Source of the DNA: Microcoleus sp.
GTDB taxonomy: Bacteria; Cyanobacteriota; Cyanobacteriia; Cyanobacteriales; Microcoleaceae
NCBI GenBank assembly: GCA_042408215.1
Contig: JAYFMW010000030.1
Span: 637,507 to 701,506, forward strand
DNA: 64,000 bases
Direction: 5' to 3'
Shown here: positions 20,497-31,251 of the stretch, piece by piece
How positions within the stretch are numbered: position 1 is the first letter of the stretch
Layout: each line of letters begins with the position of its first letter
Notes under the pieces: generated by a model
What the model was told of the DNA's origin: nothing
Database searches by the model: none
Seen by the model: only the letters and a program-made list of their open reading frames with translations
Made by a program: the position numbers and the translations under genes

Positions 20497-21105
20497 TTAC
20501 TTTTTGATCAATAAAGGGCGGACAACTAAATAACCAGCGCCGAAAGCGGCAATGACAATCAGAAAAATGGCGATCGCTAACCACAATCCGCTTAAGTCTG
20601 AAGATTTTTTTGGTTGAGAACGCAAACGGTAAGGAGTTTCGGGTACTTCTGTAAATAGTTTTTCTGGAAGTTGATCGGGAATCACCGGGTCCGTTGCTTC
20701 CGATGCTGGTGCTGGGAAAGGGAATGCAACCGTTTGAGCTGCGGGGGTTACTTCCGGTATAGCATAGTTCATCTGCTCGGTTGTAGGCGCTGGGCGAGGC
20801 GCTTGGGCGCTGAAATTGTTGAAATTGACTGGGGGCATTTGAGGCATCCCTATCTGGCTGACACTATAAGCGGAGTTGACTGCTTGCTGTAGGTATATGG
20901 ATGCTTGAACTACTGTTTCTACTTCTCGCCGCAGTTGTTGATTTTGTTGGACTAATTGCTGATTGTGGGTTTTGAGAGAGTCAAGCATTGCTTGGGCGGA
21001 TTGCAACTCGGCGGTGACTTCTCGGTAGAGGGAAATGGGTACTGATGGAGAGTAGTTATTTGAGTTGGCGGAGGAGTTATTGTCAGGTAAGGTAGTATTT
21101 TGCAT
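20497..21105 (-). CDS. Coiled-coil protein with C-terminal TM helix (conserved cyanobacterial hypothetical)
   Basis: SVPISLYREVTAELQ coiled coil, C-terminal hydrophobic helix. Confidence 0.7.
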   Translation of the reverse strand: MQNTTLPDNNSSANSNNYSPSVPISLYREVTAELQSAQAMLDSLKTHNQQLVQQNQQLRREVETVVQASIYLQQAVNSAYSVSQIGMPQMPPVNFNNFSAQAPRPAPTTEQMNYAIPEVTPAAQTVAFPFPAPASEATDPVIPDQLPEKLFTEVPETPYRLRSQPKKSSDLSGLWLAIAIFLIVIAAFGAGYLVVRPLLIKK

Positions 21106-21197
21106 AATTTGTAGATAGGGAGGGTGAACTTTTTTAGTTTAGCCTGAGAGTATTTGCAATGCGATCGATCGCCACAGGATTCGTCAAGATATTTGTT

Positions 21198-21362
21198 ATA
21201 CCAATTTAATGGGTCGTTGCACATATCTCGATCCCCCTAAATCCCCCTTAAGAAGGGGGACTTTGATCGGAATCTTGTCCCACACCCCCTACTCCCCTAC
21301 TCCCCTTATTAAGGGGGGTTAGGGGGGATCAGATTCTATGCAGCCTCATAAAAAATTGGTAT
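21198..21362. mobile_element. 165-bp MITE
   Basis: Terminal inverted repeat ATACCAATT/AATTGGTAT, internal CCCCCTAA...TTAGGGGG hairpins; near-identical 165-bp copy at 37892-38056. Confidence 0.8.
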
Positions 21363-21416
21363 TACAGATATTGATAGTCAGTTTAATTAAATCTTAGAAG
21401 TTTTCAGTCGATCGCT

Positions 21417-21836
21417 ATGAACAACCATCCAACCGAACAAAGTATGTCACAAAAGTCAAGTGCGGAGGAAATGAAATACGGCGAACGCCAGATTTTGGAA
21501 GGGGAGTTAATTACCTTCCCGAATCCGCGAGTCGGGCGGCGCTACTCGATTAACATTACTTTACCGGAATTTACTTGCAAGTGTCCGTTTTCGGGCTATC
21601 CCGATTTTGCGGCGATTCATATTACTTATGTGCCCGATGAGCGGGTGGTGGAATTGAAGGCGCTGAAACTGTATATTAACAGTTATCGCGATCGCTACAT
21701 TTCTCACGAAGAATCGATCAATCAAATTTTAGATGATTTTGTCGCAGCTTGCGCGCCGCTGGAAGCGACGATTAAGGGCGATTTTTTGCCGCGAGGGAAT
21801 GTGCACACTGTGGTTGAGGTGCGGCACGAGAAGTAA
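21417..21836 (+). CDS. queF: NADPH-dependent 7-cyano-7-deazaguanine (preQ0) reductase
   Basis: PEFTCKCPFSGYPDFA, VELKALKLY, SHE and PRG motifs. Confidence 0.95.
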   Translation: MNNHPTEQSMSQKSSAEEMKYGERQILEGELITFPNPRVGRRYSINITLPEFTCKCPFSGYPDFAAIHITYVPDERVVELKALKLYINSYRDRYISHEESINQILDDFVAACAPLEATIKGDFLPRGNVHTVVEVRHEK

Positions 21837-21885
21837 TAGGTAGAGCCTTTAGATGTGCGTTCCGGGGCTTGTGCTTGGAAGAAAT

Positions 21886-22305
21886 TCACAAAGCCAAGTG
21901 ATAAGTATTTCTACCGCGATCGGGCAGAACGATTAATCGTTGGTGGATAATATCTGGTTGCAAACCTAAACTTTCTAAAGGAATCAAACCTAGCAAGGAG
22001 TCTTCACATCCTGGCAATTCCATACAATTAAACTCTCCTTTTCGCCCTTCCACAGCCAGACTCAATCTCTTAAACAGACGTGCTTTTTGGACTCCGGCTG
22101 CTGTCTTAACCTCGATTTCTTCATCCAGTGTTAAACCTAATTGAGCGATCGTTGATGCGGGTAAGCAGAGGCGCGTAGCACCCGTATCAACTATCACATT
22201 TTCTAAGGTGACAGAACGAACTTGCTCGGCTGGTATAAAGCCTCTTTCTTGCAAAATTTCATCGACTAGGTTGGTGACTGTTATGGTGGCGGTAACTAAA
22301 CCCGT
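21886..22305 (-). CDS. Clan AA (retropepsin-like) aspartyl protease; start codon uncertain
   Basis: VDTGAT and LLGLIPLESLGL; the frame extends upstream to an ACG-GGT-TTA (xGLVTATITVTN) with no in-frame ATG. Confidence 0.75.
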   Translation of the reverse strand, partial: TGLVTATITVTNLVDEILQERGFIPAEQVRSVTLENVIVDTGATRLCLPASTIAQLGLTLDEEIEVKTAAGVQKARLFKRLSLAVEGRKGEFNCMELPGCEDSLLGLIPLESLGLQPDIIHQRLIVLPDRGRNTYHLAL

Positions 22306-22373
22306 TTTTTGAGCGAGTTTTTGTGACCTAATCTGAGTGAAAATTATACTCTCTTATGCTGGTACTTATTGCG

Positions 22374-22503
22374 GTAGGGTGCGTCAGGTTTGAGATTCTC
22401 AATCAGCAGGAAAAGTCTGGTTCTGACGCACCGTTTTTTGTGTGCGTCAGTTGTGAAATTGTTGGTTTGGATCGAAAATAACGCGCTGCTGACGCACCCT
22501 ACA
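22374..22503. repeat. GTAG-REP doublet cluster related to the RAYT-flanking REPs
   Basis: GTAGGGTGCGTCAG...CTGACGCACC...GTGCGTCAG...CTGACGCACCCTAC. Confidence 0.7.
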
Positions 22504-22504
22504 G

Positions 22505-23917
22505 TTAATTTTGATTGGCTAGAGAAGTCGGCGCTATTTCGCCCTTTCCTTCCTCTTGTTTCGATTCTGCCAACTTGTCCAAAATCTCCACAACTTCTCT
22601 TTCAAAAGTTACCTGAGCGCGATTAGTACGCCCACCAACATAAAGTTTGCCGTCTTTTTCCAACGCCCAAATCTGCGAATGAGACAGATAGCTCATCAGC
22701 ACGCTGAGCATCAGCAACCCAAAGCCAGTATAGACGATCGGGATTCCCGGATCGGCTTTAATTTGCAAGCCCGTGCTACCAACAACTTCGTCTACTGTCA
22801 GCATCACTCCATTCACTTCAACTGCTGTACCGGCGCGAACTGTCGTTAACAATTTGCCATCCATACCGTAAACTAACATCGTTCCTTGCAAGTCTTTTGC
22901 TAGCAGAGAAACTCCCGCACTCAAATCGGGTTTAGTCGGAATCCAAGTACCCCAAATCCGCCCTTTACCTTGAGTGTCTAACTGAGCCATTTCCAGTTGA
23001 AAAACGGGGCTTTTGTTGAGGCGAACTCGCACGGCCGCTATGGCCCAATCTGCTTGATAAAAAGTCACTCCTCTGTATTTTAGTGGCTGGTTGACATGAA
23101 TGGTTTGGCGATCGACCTCTTGGCCTGCTTTATCCAAAACTGACAAATCAGAATAAAATTGGTCGATCGCACCACTAGGAGTATAATCGATCCAGAAGCG
23201 ATTGACTCGCATCGACCAATCCTTCGGGATTTGCGGCGCCGCCCAAGGCCCCGCATCCGTGATATTTTTCACCTGAAATGTTTCGCCACTGGGAACCATT
23301 TCTTGACCGAGAAAACCAGTCATTGCGCCCCACATCGCCCCAGCTAAAATAATTAGCATACTGGCGTGAACAATAATCGGGCCGATTTTGCCAATTATGC
23401 CTTTGCGGGCGTAAACTTTGTCGCCTTCTCGAAAGATCAGATATCTTTTTTGCTGCAAAAGTTCTTCTAAGAAAGTTAAAGAACCTGTTTCTAATTCAGC
23501 ACTGAGAGCTAATTTTTCAAACTGCTTCGGTTCTTCATAAAATTTCCAGCGGCGGGCGGCTTTTAAGGCTGGAAATTGTCTGGTAAATGTACAGGCTGTC
23601 AAGCTGCTTCCGAAGAAAATTAGGATTGACAAAAACCACCAAGTGCGATATACGTGGTCGAGTCCTATAATTAGCAAAACTTTCCAAGTTAGGAAACCGA
23701 AAAGGGCGGGATGTTCGGGATAGTTGGATTGGTAAAAGTCTACGGATTGACCTTGTTCGATGACAGTACCGGAAATGCTAAAAAATGCGATCGCCAGCAA
23801 CAAGATGATAGCCAGCCGCAAATCCGCTAACAGGGGTAAGACTTCACGCTTGAAAAACTTTTGAGGGGCCGTCGCCCAGTCAGATAGTTTAGATAGAAAT
23901 ACTTCTTTTGATGTCAT
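22505..23917 (-). CDS. ccsB: Cytochrome c biogenesis protein Ccs1/CcsB (ResB family)
   Basis: [36 protein letters not shown] and KADPGIP motifs. Confidence 0.92.
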   Translation of the reverse strand: MTSKEVFLSKLSDWATAPQKFFKREVLPLLADLRLAIILLLAIAFFSISGTVIEQGQSVDFYQSNYPEHPALFGFLTWKVLLIIGLDHVYRTWWFLSILIFFGSSLTACTFTRQFPALKAARRWKFYEEPKQFEKLALSAELETGSLTFLEELLQQKRYLIFREGDKVYARKGIIGKIGPIIVHASMLIILAGAMWGAMTGFLGQEMVPSGETFQVKNITDAGPWAAPQIPKDWSMRVNRFWIDYTPSGAIDQFYSDLSVLDKAGQEVDRQTIHVNQPLKYRGVTFYQADWAIAAVRVRLNKSPVFQLEMAQLDTQGKGRIWGTWIPTKPDLSAGVSLLAKDLQGTMLVYGMDGKLLTTVRAGTAVEVNGVMLTVDEVVGSTGLQIKADPGIPIVYTGFGLLMLSVLMSYLSHSQIWALEKDGKLYVGGRTNRAQVTFEREVVEILDKLAESKQEEGKGEIAPTSLANQN

Positions 23918-24225
23918 TGGTAATTATGAAGGAAGTTCGGCAACGGATTGTGTAACGGATGTAACGGATGTAACGGATGTAACGGAGGTCAGTCAGAAGG
24001 AAGAAGTCAGAAGGAAGAAAGAGGAGGGAAAAACAAAAAACGAAGAAAATATTATTATTTTTATCTAGCAATTCTCAATCAATCTTGAATTATTTCTCTT
24101 TTCTTTCTTTCTTTCTTTCTTTCTTCCTGTTCTTCGCGTCTTCGCGGTTCGTTAAAAAATAAGTTTGCGAAGCCTGCAATGATTCCTAGAACTCTAAATA
24201 AGGACGGTCGTCCTTACTACAAACC

Positions 24226-24957
24226 CTAGGCTGGAAGTATTCGCGAAATTAGCGAGAAAACACCAAATCCTACTAATAAAATACCGCTAACAGGCGTAAT
24301 CCAACTCGACCAGCGGCGCAATTCTAAGAACTTTTTAATACTCGCAGTAAAAGTGCCTGCTATAATCAGCGGAGCCACGTAGCCAGCAGCATAAAACAGT
24401 AAAAATACACCACCTAAAATTGTATCTCCCGTCTTGGAAACCCAAGCTAATAGGGTAGCTAAAACAGGAGTGCTGCACGGAGAAGCTACTAAACCAAAAG
24501 TTAAGCCCAATAAGTACGATCGCACACCAGCAGGCAAATTCTTTGGCACCCATCCCACAGCATCAAAAGAGGGCATTTGCAAAGGCAAAGCTTCGAGCAA
24601 ATTCAGCCCCATTAAAATAGCGATCGTGCTGACAACGATCGGCAAACCTATGCCAATTTTACCATAAACCTGTCCAGCAAAGGATGCTACAATGCCCAAA
24701 CCAGCAAGGGTGGTGGCCAATCCCAGGGAAAACCACGCCGACTGGGTGGCGGCTTGGAGGCGGCTTTTTGCTTCGTATCCGCCGATATAGCCGATCGTAA
24801 TCGGCAACATTGAAAGCATACAGGGAGTTAAGCTAGTTAGCAACCCAGCCAGAAAGATCGCTCCGACGCTAACTAAACTGAGTTGTGTCAGTTGAGTGTT
24901 GACTAAAGTATTAGCAAATTGTGCTAGTTCGTAAAGTTTGGTTTGCAGGGTTTCCAT
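24226..24957 (-). CDS. ccdA: Cytochrome c biogenesis protein CcdA
   Basis: SLTPCMLSMLP and ASPCSTPVL Cys motifs; adjacent to ccsB. Confidence 0.92.
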   Translation of the reverse strand: METLQTKLYELAQFANTLVNTQLTQLSLVSVGAIFLAGLLTSLTPCMLSMLPITIGYIGGYEAKSRLQAATQSAWFSLGLATTLAGLGIVASFAGQVYGKIGIGLPIVVSTIAILMGLNLLEALPLQMPSFDAVGWVPKNLPAGVRSYLLGLTFGLVASPCSTPVLATLLAWVSKTGDTILGGVFLLFYAAGYVAPLIIAGTFTASIKKFLELRRWSSWITPVSGILLVGFGVFSLISRILPA

Positions 24958-25366
24958 CGCGAGTGTTTGGTGCTGTTCTGACTCTATTTAAAATTGTAAC
25001 AGATACGGGGTGAGTCGGTTAAAAATTGGAAATTTTAGTTAAATTGACTGAAAGCATCTAGAGTACAAGCCCCTGGACTCATTCCTTCGCAGACTCAGGA
25101 CGGATCGATAAAAAACGTGGTATCCTATAAACCTGCTAAGTAGAAGAGAAATGGAAGTCGAGAAATGGAAGTCGGAAGAATGCTCAGATAGCAAGCTTTT
25201 TATCCACCTGTATCTTACGTTTAATTAGGTGGATTTACTTAACTGATTTATCCGTTAGGTCGCTTTCTTCCATCTAAAATCTAAAATCTAAAATCTAAAA
25301 TTGATGAACTGGCTAATATTAAAAAAGTAGGCCACACCCCGATTTAATTTGATACCTTCATTGACA

Positions 25367-26116
25367 TTAATCAAAGGAACTTGAATTGAAATTACTGGCC
25401 ATTTCTTCATTGATAGATCCGTCAGGCATAACTGCCCCAGCCAGGACCGCACCTTTGAGATTTGCTCCCGTTAAATCAGCACCTTCTAAATTAGCATTGC
25501 TCAGGTTTGTGACTTGTTTGGAACCTCTAAAAAAGAAGCTTTGTAAGTCCGCACCTGTCAAATTACTGTCCCCCAAATTGGCATATTGCAAATCAGCACC
25601 GTGGAGCGTCGCATCAGTTAAATTAGCTTTGGTGAGATTGCTTCCCCAAAGTCTAGAATATAACACGTTAGCATCTTGTAAATTGGCAAAAGTAAGATTG
25701 GCTAAAGTAAGATTAGCATCCCACAATCTGGTGCGATTTAAATTAGCTGCGGTCAAATTAGCTTTGCTGAGATCTGTTCCAAAAATATCAGAATCTGCTA
25801 AATTTGCACCGCTGAGATCTGCGTCAGAAAGGTCTGCATTTTTCAAGTTAGCACCTGACAAATTAGCCCCGCTTAAATTAGCCCCGCTGAGGTTAGCTTC
25901 TTGGAGATTGGCACCTCGCAAATCGACCCCACTCAAATCGCACTGCTTCCAGAGAAAGCTGACGCACCAATTATCTTTTAATAGCTGACTCAGATCCTTA
26001 GCATTGGCTGCCATAACTGGAGGAGTTAAACAAAGAGTGAACAGGGCGATCGCCAATACAGTCGCCGCTATTTTTTTCAACTTCATAACTATTTTCATGG
26101 GCCGTAATTTGTGCAA
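25367..26116 (-). CDS. Secreted pentapeptide repeat protein
   Basis: Signal peptide and ANL repeats. Confidence 0.9.
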   Translation of the reverse strand: MHKLRPMKIVMKLKKIAATVLAIALFTLCLTPPVMAANAKDLSQLLKDNWCVSFLWKQCDLSGVDLRGANLQEANLSGANLSGANLSGANLKNADLSDADLSGANLADSDIFGTDLSKANLTAANLNRTRLWDANLTLANLTFANLQDANVLYSRLWGSNLTKANLTDATLHGADLQYANLGDSNLTGADLQSFFFRGSKQVTNLSNANLEGADLTGANLKGAVLAGAVMPDGSINEEMASNFNSSSFD

Positions 26117-26153
26117 TAGATTCTTGTATAATTATAGCATAGCAAATAATCTT

Positions 26154-26281
26154 AGTCCTGGACGCAACGGGCATCGGGATCATCGACTTGTCGGGTGCTC
26201 TACTACTTTCATTATGAACGGATTACCAAGGGTTTGAGATAGTAGAGCACCTTACTAATTGTGACACTTGCGTCCAGGACT
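26154..26281. mobile_element. 128-bp MITE-like element
   Basis: Perfect 14-bp terminal inverted repeat AGTCCTGGACGCAA / TTGCGTCCAGGACT; internal GTGCTCTACTA/TAGTAGAGCAC hairpin. Confidence 0.7.
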
Positions 26282-26420
26282 GAGTTAGATAGGGAGTTTT
26301 TAACCGCAGATATCAGCGGATGAACACAGATAAACGCCGAGGGAATTTCATCTGTGTTTATCTGCGTTCATCTGCGGTTAAAAAAACATTCCTATTCGCT
26401 CAACTTCACCTACTTAATAA

Positions 26421-27758
26421 TTAGCCAATTCTCAAGGCGGCATCACCGACTGGCAAGTCATTGGGACGAGAAACAGTAGAAAAGTTAATTGCAAAAGCGG
26501 CGTTTTGAACTGCTGCGGGGGTGGCATTTTGAACTGTTGCCAAAGTTGCCCCTCCCAATTGAATCAGAGTGTTGCTTCCAGATGCAGTGAATGCGACGCT
26601 TGATAAAGTGCCAGTAATCCCAAGGCGATCGCCCTCACCAGGCCTAAAATCAAGAAGTATATCGCTTAGAGTATCCAAAGCCAGATTTTGACCGGCAATC
26701 AGAACAAAACTATCAGCACCTGCACCGCCAGTGAGAGTATTGCTCCCAGCATCTCCAATCAAAATATCATTGCCATCGCCACCAATTAAAACATCGTTTC
26801 CTTTGCCGCCTCGCAAAAAGTCGTTACCAGCATCGCCATTGAGAGTATCGTCGCCGAGATTTCCAGTCAAAATATCGTTGCCAACACCACCGCTAATTAA
26901 GTCGTTACCTTTGCCACCTCTGAGAAAGTCGTCACCAATTTCGCCACTGATGGTATCATTACCTTGGCTGCCATTAATTGCATCATCAGTGGGTGAACCG
27001 ACGATGCGATCGTTGCCGCTACCTCCCAGTACACCGCTGGGATTTTGCTGAGAGTCTTGGGAAGTGACTTGATAGTTATTGGGGGTGTTTGGCAATCTGA
27101 GCGATCGCAAAGGCAGATTTACGAAATTGGTACTGTTAATCAAATCGTTGAGCACATTAACATCGCTAATGATGCTAGAAACCCGACTGGGGACAATGCC
27201 TTGAACGACTTTTGCGCTCGAAATGCGATCGCCCTGCTGCACCGCATTCACCGTATCAAAACCTTGAGTAACGTAGCCAAAAACAGCATAATTGCCATCC
27301 AAAAACTCCAAATCATCCAAAGCAAAATAGAACTGCGAAGAAGCCGAGTTCAAAGCACTAGAACGAGCCATTGCTACAGCCCCGATAGTATGCTGCAACT
27401 GCGGAGTTTGCGTTACTACTTGATTGTAAACAGGTTCCGTCGCTCCTTGCGGCTTAATTTCCAAAGAAATAAAACGCGCCTGATTAGTATCCGGGTCAAC
27501 AAAATTACCCGTTCCCAATTGACTTGCTGGAATTGTAGTATCTTTGCTGCGCGGATCGCCTCCTTGCACCACAAAAGGAGTGGGCTGACGCACAACTCGG
27601 TGAAACATCACCCCATCGTAGATGCCACGCTCAACTAAGTCAACAAAATTGCCGGCAGTAATTGGGGCATTAATGCCATCTACTTCTATAATAACGGGCT
27701 GACCGTTAATTACCTGGACTACTGTAGCTTTGCCGGTTAACGGGAGTGCAGTGCTCAT
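26421..27758 (-). CDS. Cyclophilin-type peptidyl-prolyl isomerase fused to RTX Ca-binding repeats
   Basis: [23 protein letters not shown] and YAVFG motifs, then GGxGND nonapeptides. Confidence 0.9.
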   Translation of the reverse strand: MSTALPLTGKATVVQVINGQPVIIEVDGINAPITAGNFVDLVERGIYDGVMFHRVVRQPTPFVVQGGDPRSKDTTIPASQLGTGNFVDPDTNQARFISLEIKPQGATEPVYNQVVTQTPQLQHTIGAVAMARSSALNSASSQFYFALDDLEFLDGNYAVFGYVTQGFDTVNAVQQGDRISSAKVVQGIVPSRVSSIISDVNVLNDLINSTNFVNLPLRSLRLPNTPNNYQVTSQDSQQNPSGVLGGSGNDRIVGSPTDDAINGSQGNDTISGEIGDDFLRGGKGNDLISGGVGNDILTGNLGDDTLNGDAGNDFLRGGKGNDVLIGGDGNDILIGDAGSNTLTGGAGADSFVLIAGQNLALDTLSDILLDFRPGEGDRLGITGTLSSVAFTASGSNTLIQLGGATLATVQNATPAAVQNAAFAINFSTVSRPNDLPVGDAALRIG

Positions 27759-27890
27759 GGGTAAATTGCTATTTTAGTGAGTAATATTTGGGTTTTAGGA
27801 ACAATTGGTCAAAACAATCCACGAATTGCCCCTACCCATTTAATCAGAAAACTGTAAACTTGTGTTAAGTACATTTCTAGTTCTCAATTT

Positions 27891-28442
27891 ATGCTCTCCC
27901 GTCGCCACTTTTTTAGCACTTTATTGGCCATTTGTCTAGTTTTTCTAAGCTTCAATTTTGCCGCCCCGGCTTCAGCCCTCGGCGGCAAGCTTCCGCAGGT
28001 GAATCAAGCGGCACCGGAGTTTACTCTGCCGACTAACAGCGGTGACGGACAAGTCTCCCTCTCTGATTATCGCGGTAAGTGGCTGGTAGTCTATTTCTAT
28101 CCGAAAGACTTTACATCTGGTTGTACGATCGAAGCGCGCAGATTTCAGCAAGACTTGCCGAAATACTTGGCAAAGAATACTCGAATTATCGGCATTAGCG
28201 CTGATGATGTCAATTCCCACGCGGAATTTTGCGATTCTGAAGGTTTGAAATTTCCGCTGTTAGCTGATACGGACGGTAAAGTGAGTAAAGCTTACGGTTC
28301 TTGGATGAGTTTTATCTCAGCGCGGCACAGTTTTATTATTGACCCAAAGGGCGTTTTGCGGGCAACTTTTGTCAAGGTGAATCCGGCGATTCACTCTAAA
28401 GAAGTGCTGGCCAGGTTGCAGGAATTGCAGGCTGAGGGGTAA
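27891..28442 (+). CDS. Peroxiredoxin (BCP/PrxQ)
   Basis: YFYPKDFTSGCTIEA motif; N-terminal signal peptide. Confidence 0.9.
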   Translation: MLSRRHFFSTLLAICLVFLSFNFAAPASALGGKLPQVNQAAPEFTLPTNSGDGQVSLSDYRGKWLVVYFYPKDFTSGCTIEARRFQQDLPKYLAKNTRIIGISADDVNSHAEFCDSEGLKFPLLADTDGKVSKAYGSWMSFISARHSFIIDPKGVLRATFVKVNPAIHSKEVLARLQELQAEG

Positions 28443-28470
28443 TCGGATGTTTGAGATTTTCTAACCAAAG

Positions 28471-28628
28471 GAACCGGGTTTTTTGCTAAAAACTTCGGGA
28501 CCACAACTTCGGTAAAAAACCGGGTTTTTTACTAAAAACTTCGGGACCACAACTTCGGTAAGAAACCTGGTTTTTTGCTAAAAAATTCGTGGCAGCCCAC
28601 AAATTCGGTAAAAAACCCGGTTTCTGGG
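28471..28628. repeat. AACCGGGTTT/AAACCCGGTT inverted-repeat (REP-like) cluster
   Basis: Same family at 14203-14265, 19770-19832 and 50543-50700. Confidence 0.75.
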
Positions 28629-28644
28629 CCCCATCCTAGACAGA

Positions 28645-29151
28645 TTAATTGTCTGACAGGCTTCTCTTTCTGCTAGAAATGCGGCGTTCGGGGTCAATTC
28701 CCTCGAAGGTTGGCGGCAACCAAACTCGGATTACCAGCAACATTCCCAAAACTAGCAAAAATCCACCGGTTGATAAGATTTGAACCCAGGGAGTTTCCAG
28801 CACTCCCCGCACGATAACTTCTCGCAAAACTGATACAATACAAACTTCCACAGCTACGCCGATCGAAACGCGCTGCTCTTGCAAGTAAATAATTAGCAAC
28901 CGAAATAACTCAACCAAAACTAAGAGAAATAGAATGTCTGCTGTGACTTGCTTGAAATTCAAAGGAGGAAGCAGCGAGAAAAACATTTCTCGCAGTTCGA
29001 GCACCATGAAGCAGAACAAACCGATACACAAGGAAATTACAATTAAGTCTTGGACTGTTTCCAGAGCGCTAACGATTAGTCTCAGATTCAACCATTGCGG
29101 GGGGGTACTGGACGAGTTGTTTAAAGGCTTTTGCATTGACGGCTCCTGCAA
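28645..29151 (-). CDS. PsiE-family (phosphate-starvation-inducible) membrane protein
   Basis: LFLLVLVELFR and VSVLREVI motifs. Confidence 0.8.
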   Translation of the reverse strand: MQEPSMQKPLNNSSSTPPQWLNLRLIVSALETVQDLIVISLCIGLFCFMVLELREMFFSLLPPLNFKQVTADILFLLVLVELFRLLIIYLQEQRVSIGVAVEVCIVSVLREVIVRGVLETPWVQILSTGGFLLVLGMLLVIRVWLPPTFEGIDPERRISSRKRSLSDN

Positions 29152-29518
29152 CTTGTTTGACTTTTTTACAGCTTAAGTTAAATTGAGCTGAAGTGTGACA
29201 ATATAAGGGTTTAATTTATTTATAACCATGATAAAACTTCCCTCAGTTGAAAATTTTACACAAACTTTTATTTGCCTCGCAGGTGGGTTGACATTTCGCC
29301 AAGGTTTATGGTATTAAAGGCTGGCGATTAGAATTTTTGACAGCTAAAAGCCAAAAGTCAAAATGCTGAAATGCTGTAATTGTTATACAATATGAAAATT
29401 GTAAAGAATCATTTACATAGCTTGAGTTGATCGAGCTAGCGACTCTAGGCTCTAGTCATACAAAAGCCTTACAGTCAACCCAAAAACCACAAGCCACCAA
29501 GAGAGAGGATTGAACACA

Positions 29519-30121
29519 ATGGCATTTGAACTTGCACCGTTACCCTTCGCCGCTGACGCTCTAGAGTCTGGTCATATGTCGGCCAATACGTTTTCGTTCC
29601 ACCACGACAAGCACCATGCTGCTTACGTGACCAACCTCAACAAATTGATTGAAGGTACTGAACTTGCGAGCAAATCTCTCGAAGAAATTGTGCAGGAATC
29701 TTCCAAAGACCCATCCAAAGCTGGCATTTTCAACAATGCAGGCCAAGTCTGGAACCACAATTTTTTCTGGAATTCCCTCAAAGCAGGTGGCGGCGGCACT
29801 CCGACTGGAGATTTAGCTGACAAAATCACCGCAGACTTCGGCAGCTTCGACGAATTCAAAGCAGAATTTAAGACGGCTGCGACAACTCAGTTCGGCAGCG
29901 GCTGGGCTTGGCTGGTTTTAGATAACGGCACTTTGAAAGTTACCAAAACTGCCAACGCTGACACTCCTTTAGCACATGGTCAAATCCCGTTGCTGACTTT
30001 GGATGTGTGGGAACACGCTTATTATTTGGACTTCCAAAACCGCCGTCCTGACTACATTGCTAATTTCTTGGATAACTTGGCTAATTGGGATTTTGCGGCC
30101 GCAAATTTGGCTGCGGCTTAG
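29519..30121 (+). CDS. sodB: Fe superoxide dismutase
   Basis: HHDKHH, NNAGQVWNH, FGSGWAWL and DVWEHAYY motifs; RBS GAGAGG. Confidence 0.95.
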   Translation: MAFELAPLPFAADALESGHMSANTFSFHHDKHHAAYVTNLNKLIEGTELASKSLEEIVQESSKDPSKAGIFNNAGQVWNHNFFWNSLKAGGGGTPTGDLADKITADFGSFDEFKAEFKTAATTQFGSGWAWLVLDNGTLKVTKTANADTPLAHGQIPLLTLDVWEHAYYLDFQNRRPDYIANFLDNLANWDFAAANLAAA

Positions 30122-30176
30122 TAGAAATTTTGTGGCAGTCGATCGCGCTGTTCGCAAAAGTCTAAAATAGTCCTAG

Positions 30177-30209
30177 AGGTAGTCACTCTTTAGAAGTGGC
30201 TGCCTTTTT
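30177..30209 (+). terminator. Probable intrinsic terminator after sodB
   Basis: AGGTAGTCACT...AGTGGCTGCCT stem followed by a T run. Confidence 0.6.
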
Positions 30210-30347
30210 GTCAGCTTCAAAGCCCAGATTGAGCCGTGGGAGTAATTCTCAAATCTCAAATTTAAAATTTAAAATCGGCTGAGATTGTGTTATTATAGTA
30301 TTGGTGACTATTTTATGATTTTTGTAGTTTCAGTGGCTGTTCGCGCG

Positions 30348-30641
30348 ATGACTTCTTCACCGACTATAGCTCCCGTTCGATCGAGTCAAGTTACCCGCAA
30401 GCCTTATCCAAATTATCGGGTAATTGTTCTCAACGACGATTTCAATACGTTTCAGCACGTTGTTGACTGTTTGACTAAGTATATTCCAGGGATGACGGGC
30501 GATCGAGCTTGGAAACTCGCCAACCAAATCCACAACGAAGGACAAGCTACTGTTTGGGTTGGCCCACAAGAGCAAGCAGAACTTTATCATATGCAATTGA
30601 GCCGTGCTGGACTGACAATGGCACCGTTAGAGTCCGCATAA
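30348..30641 (+). CDS. clpS: ATP-dependent Clp protease adaptor ClpS
   Basis: YRVIVLNDDFNTF, IHNEGQA and EQAELY motifs. Confidence 0.92.
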   Translation: MTSSPTIAPVRSSQVTRKPYPNYRVIVLNDDFNTFQHVVDCLTKYIPGMTGDRAWKLANQIHNEGQATVWVGPQEQAELYHMQLSRAGLTMAPLESA

Positions 30642-30777
30642 AAATTTGTAGGGTTGAAGGCTTGTTTAAGTCCCGTTAGCTCAATTTGAAACTTGCCAAA
30701 ATGGCAACATCACTCGATTCTCTTGATTTAGATTATTTATAAACACCGATAATCTTTTACGCAATTAGGGGAATTTT

Positions 30778-31089
30778 ATGCATCATCCTTTTGATCTAGA
30801 TACTGCTGACCTGTTAGCAATGGATTTGGATTTTGAAGAGCCACTAACTGATGAGCAGACCGCTGACATCGGAGGTGGACGAATGGCTATCACTATGATG
30901 GTAGGTGAAGAAGGTGGTGGGATACAGTGTATCTCAGCTCCATGTCCGGGAAGTGAAACAGGAGGAGGATTTCCTCCCAAGCCCATTCCCATTGACCCTC
31001 CGATGACCACTATGACTATAGGTGAAGAGGGTGGAGGACCTTACACGAAAGCTTGGTCTGAATGCGGTGGCGGTCCGATGATTTACTAA
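30778..31089 (+). CDS. Putative multi-core RiPP (graspetide) precursor peptide
   Basis: Acidic leader ending LTDEQTADIGGG; repeats ITMMVGEEGGG, TTMTIGEEGGG and YTKAWSECGGG; RBS GGGGGA; next host gene is an ATP-grasp ligase. Confidence 0.75.
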   Translation: MHHPFDLDTADLLAMDLDFEEPLTDEQTADIGGGRMAITMMVGEEGGGIQCISAPCPGSETGGGFPPKPIPIDPPMTTMTIGEEGGGPYTKAWSECGGGPMIY

Positions 31090-31251
31090 TCTCATTAGTG
31101 CCGAAACTTGTAGAGATTCGGCCTAATTCCTGAACTATTCAGATTGTTTCTGTAATGGGACTTTCAAAGCTTCAGCCTCATTTGAGTGTTTTTTCAATAT
31201 ATAAAAATTTGCAACACTCTCAAAACAAGTGATGCTAATTTTCATATTTAT

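Noticed and set aside
25060..25100. Further IS605 left-end remnant (TACAAGCCCCTGG)
   Set aside because: Too short, with no complete hairpin or matching right end.
25386..27638. Long antisense ORFs over pentapeptide and RTX genes
   Set aside because: Shadow frames of repetitive coding sequence.
29375..29390. NtcA site upstream of sodB
   Set aside because: The spacing is GTA-N7-TAC, not N8.
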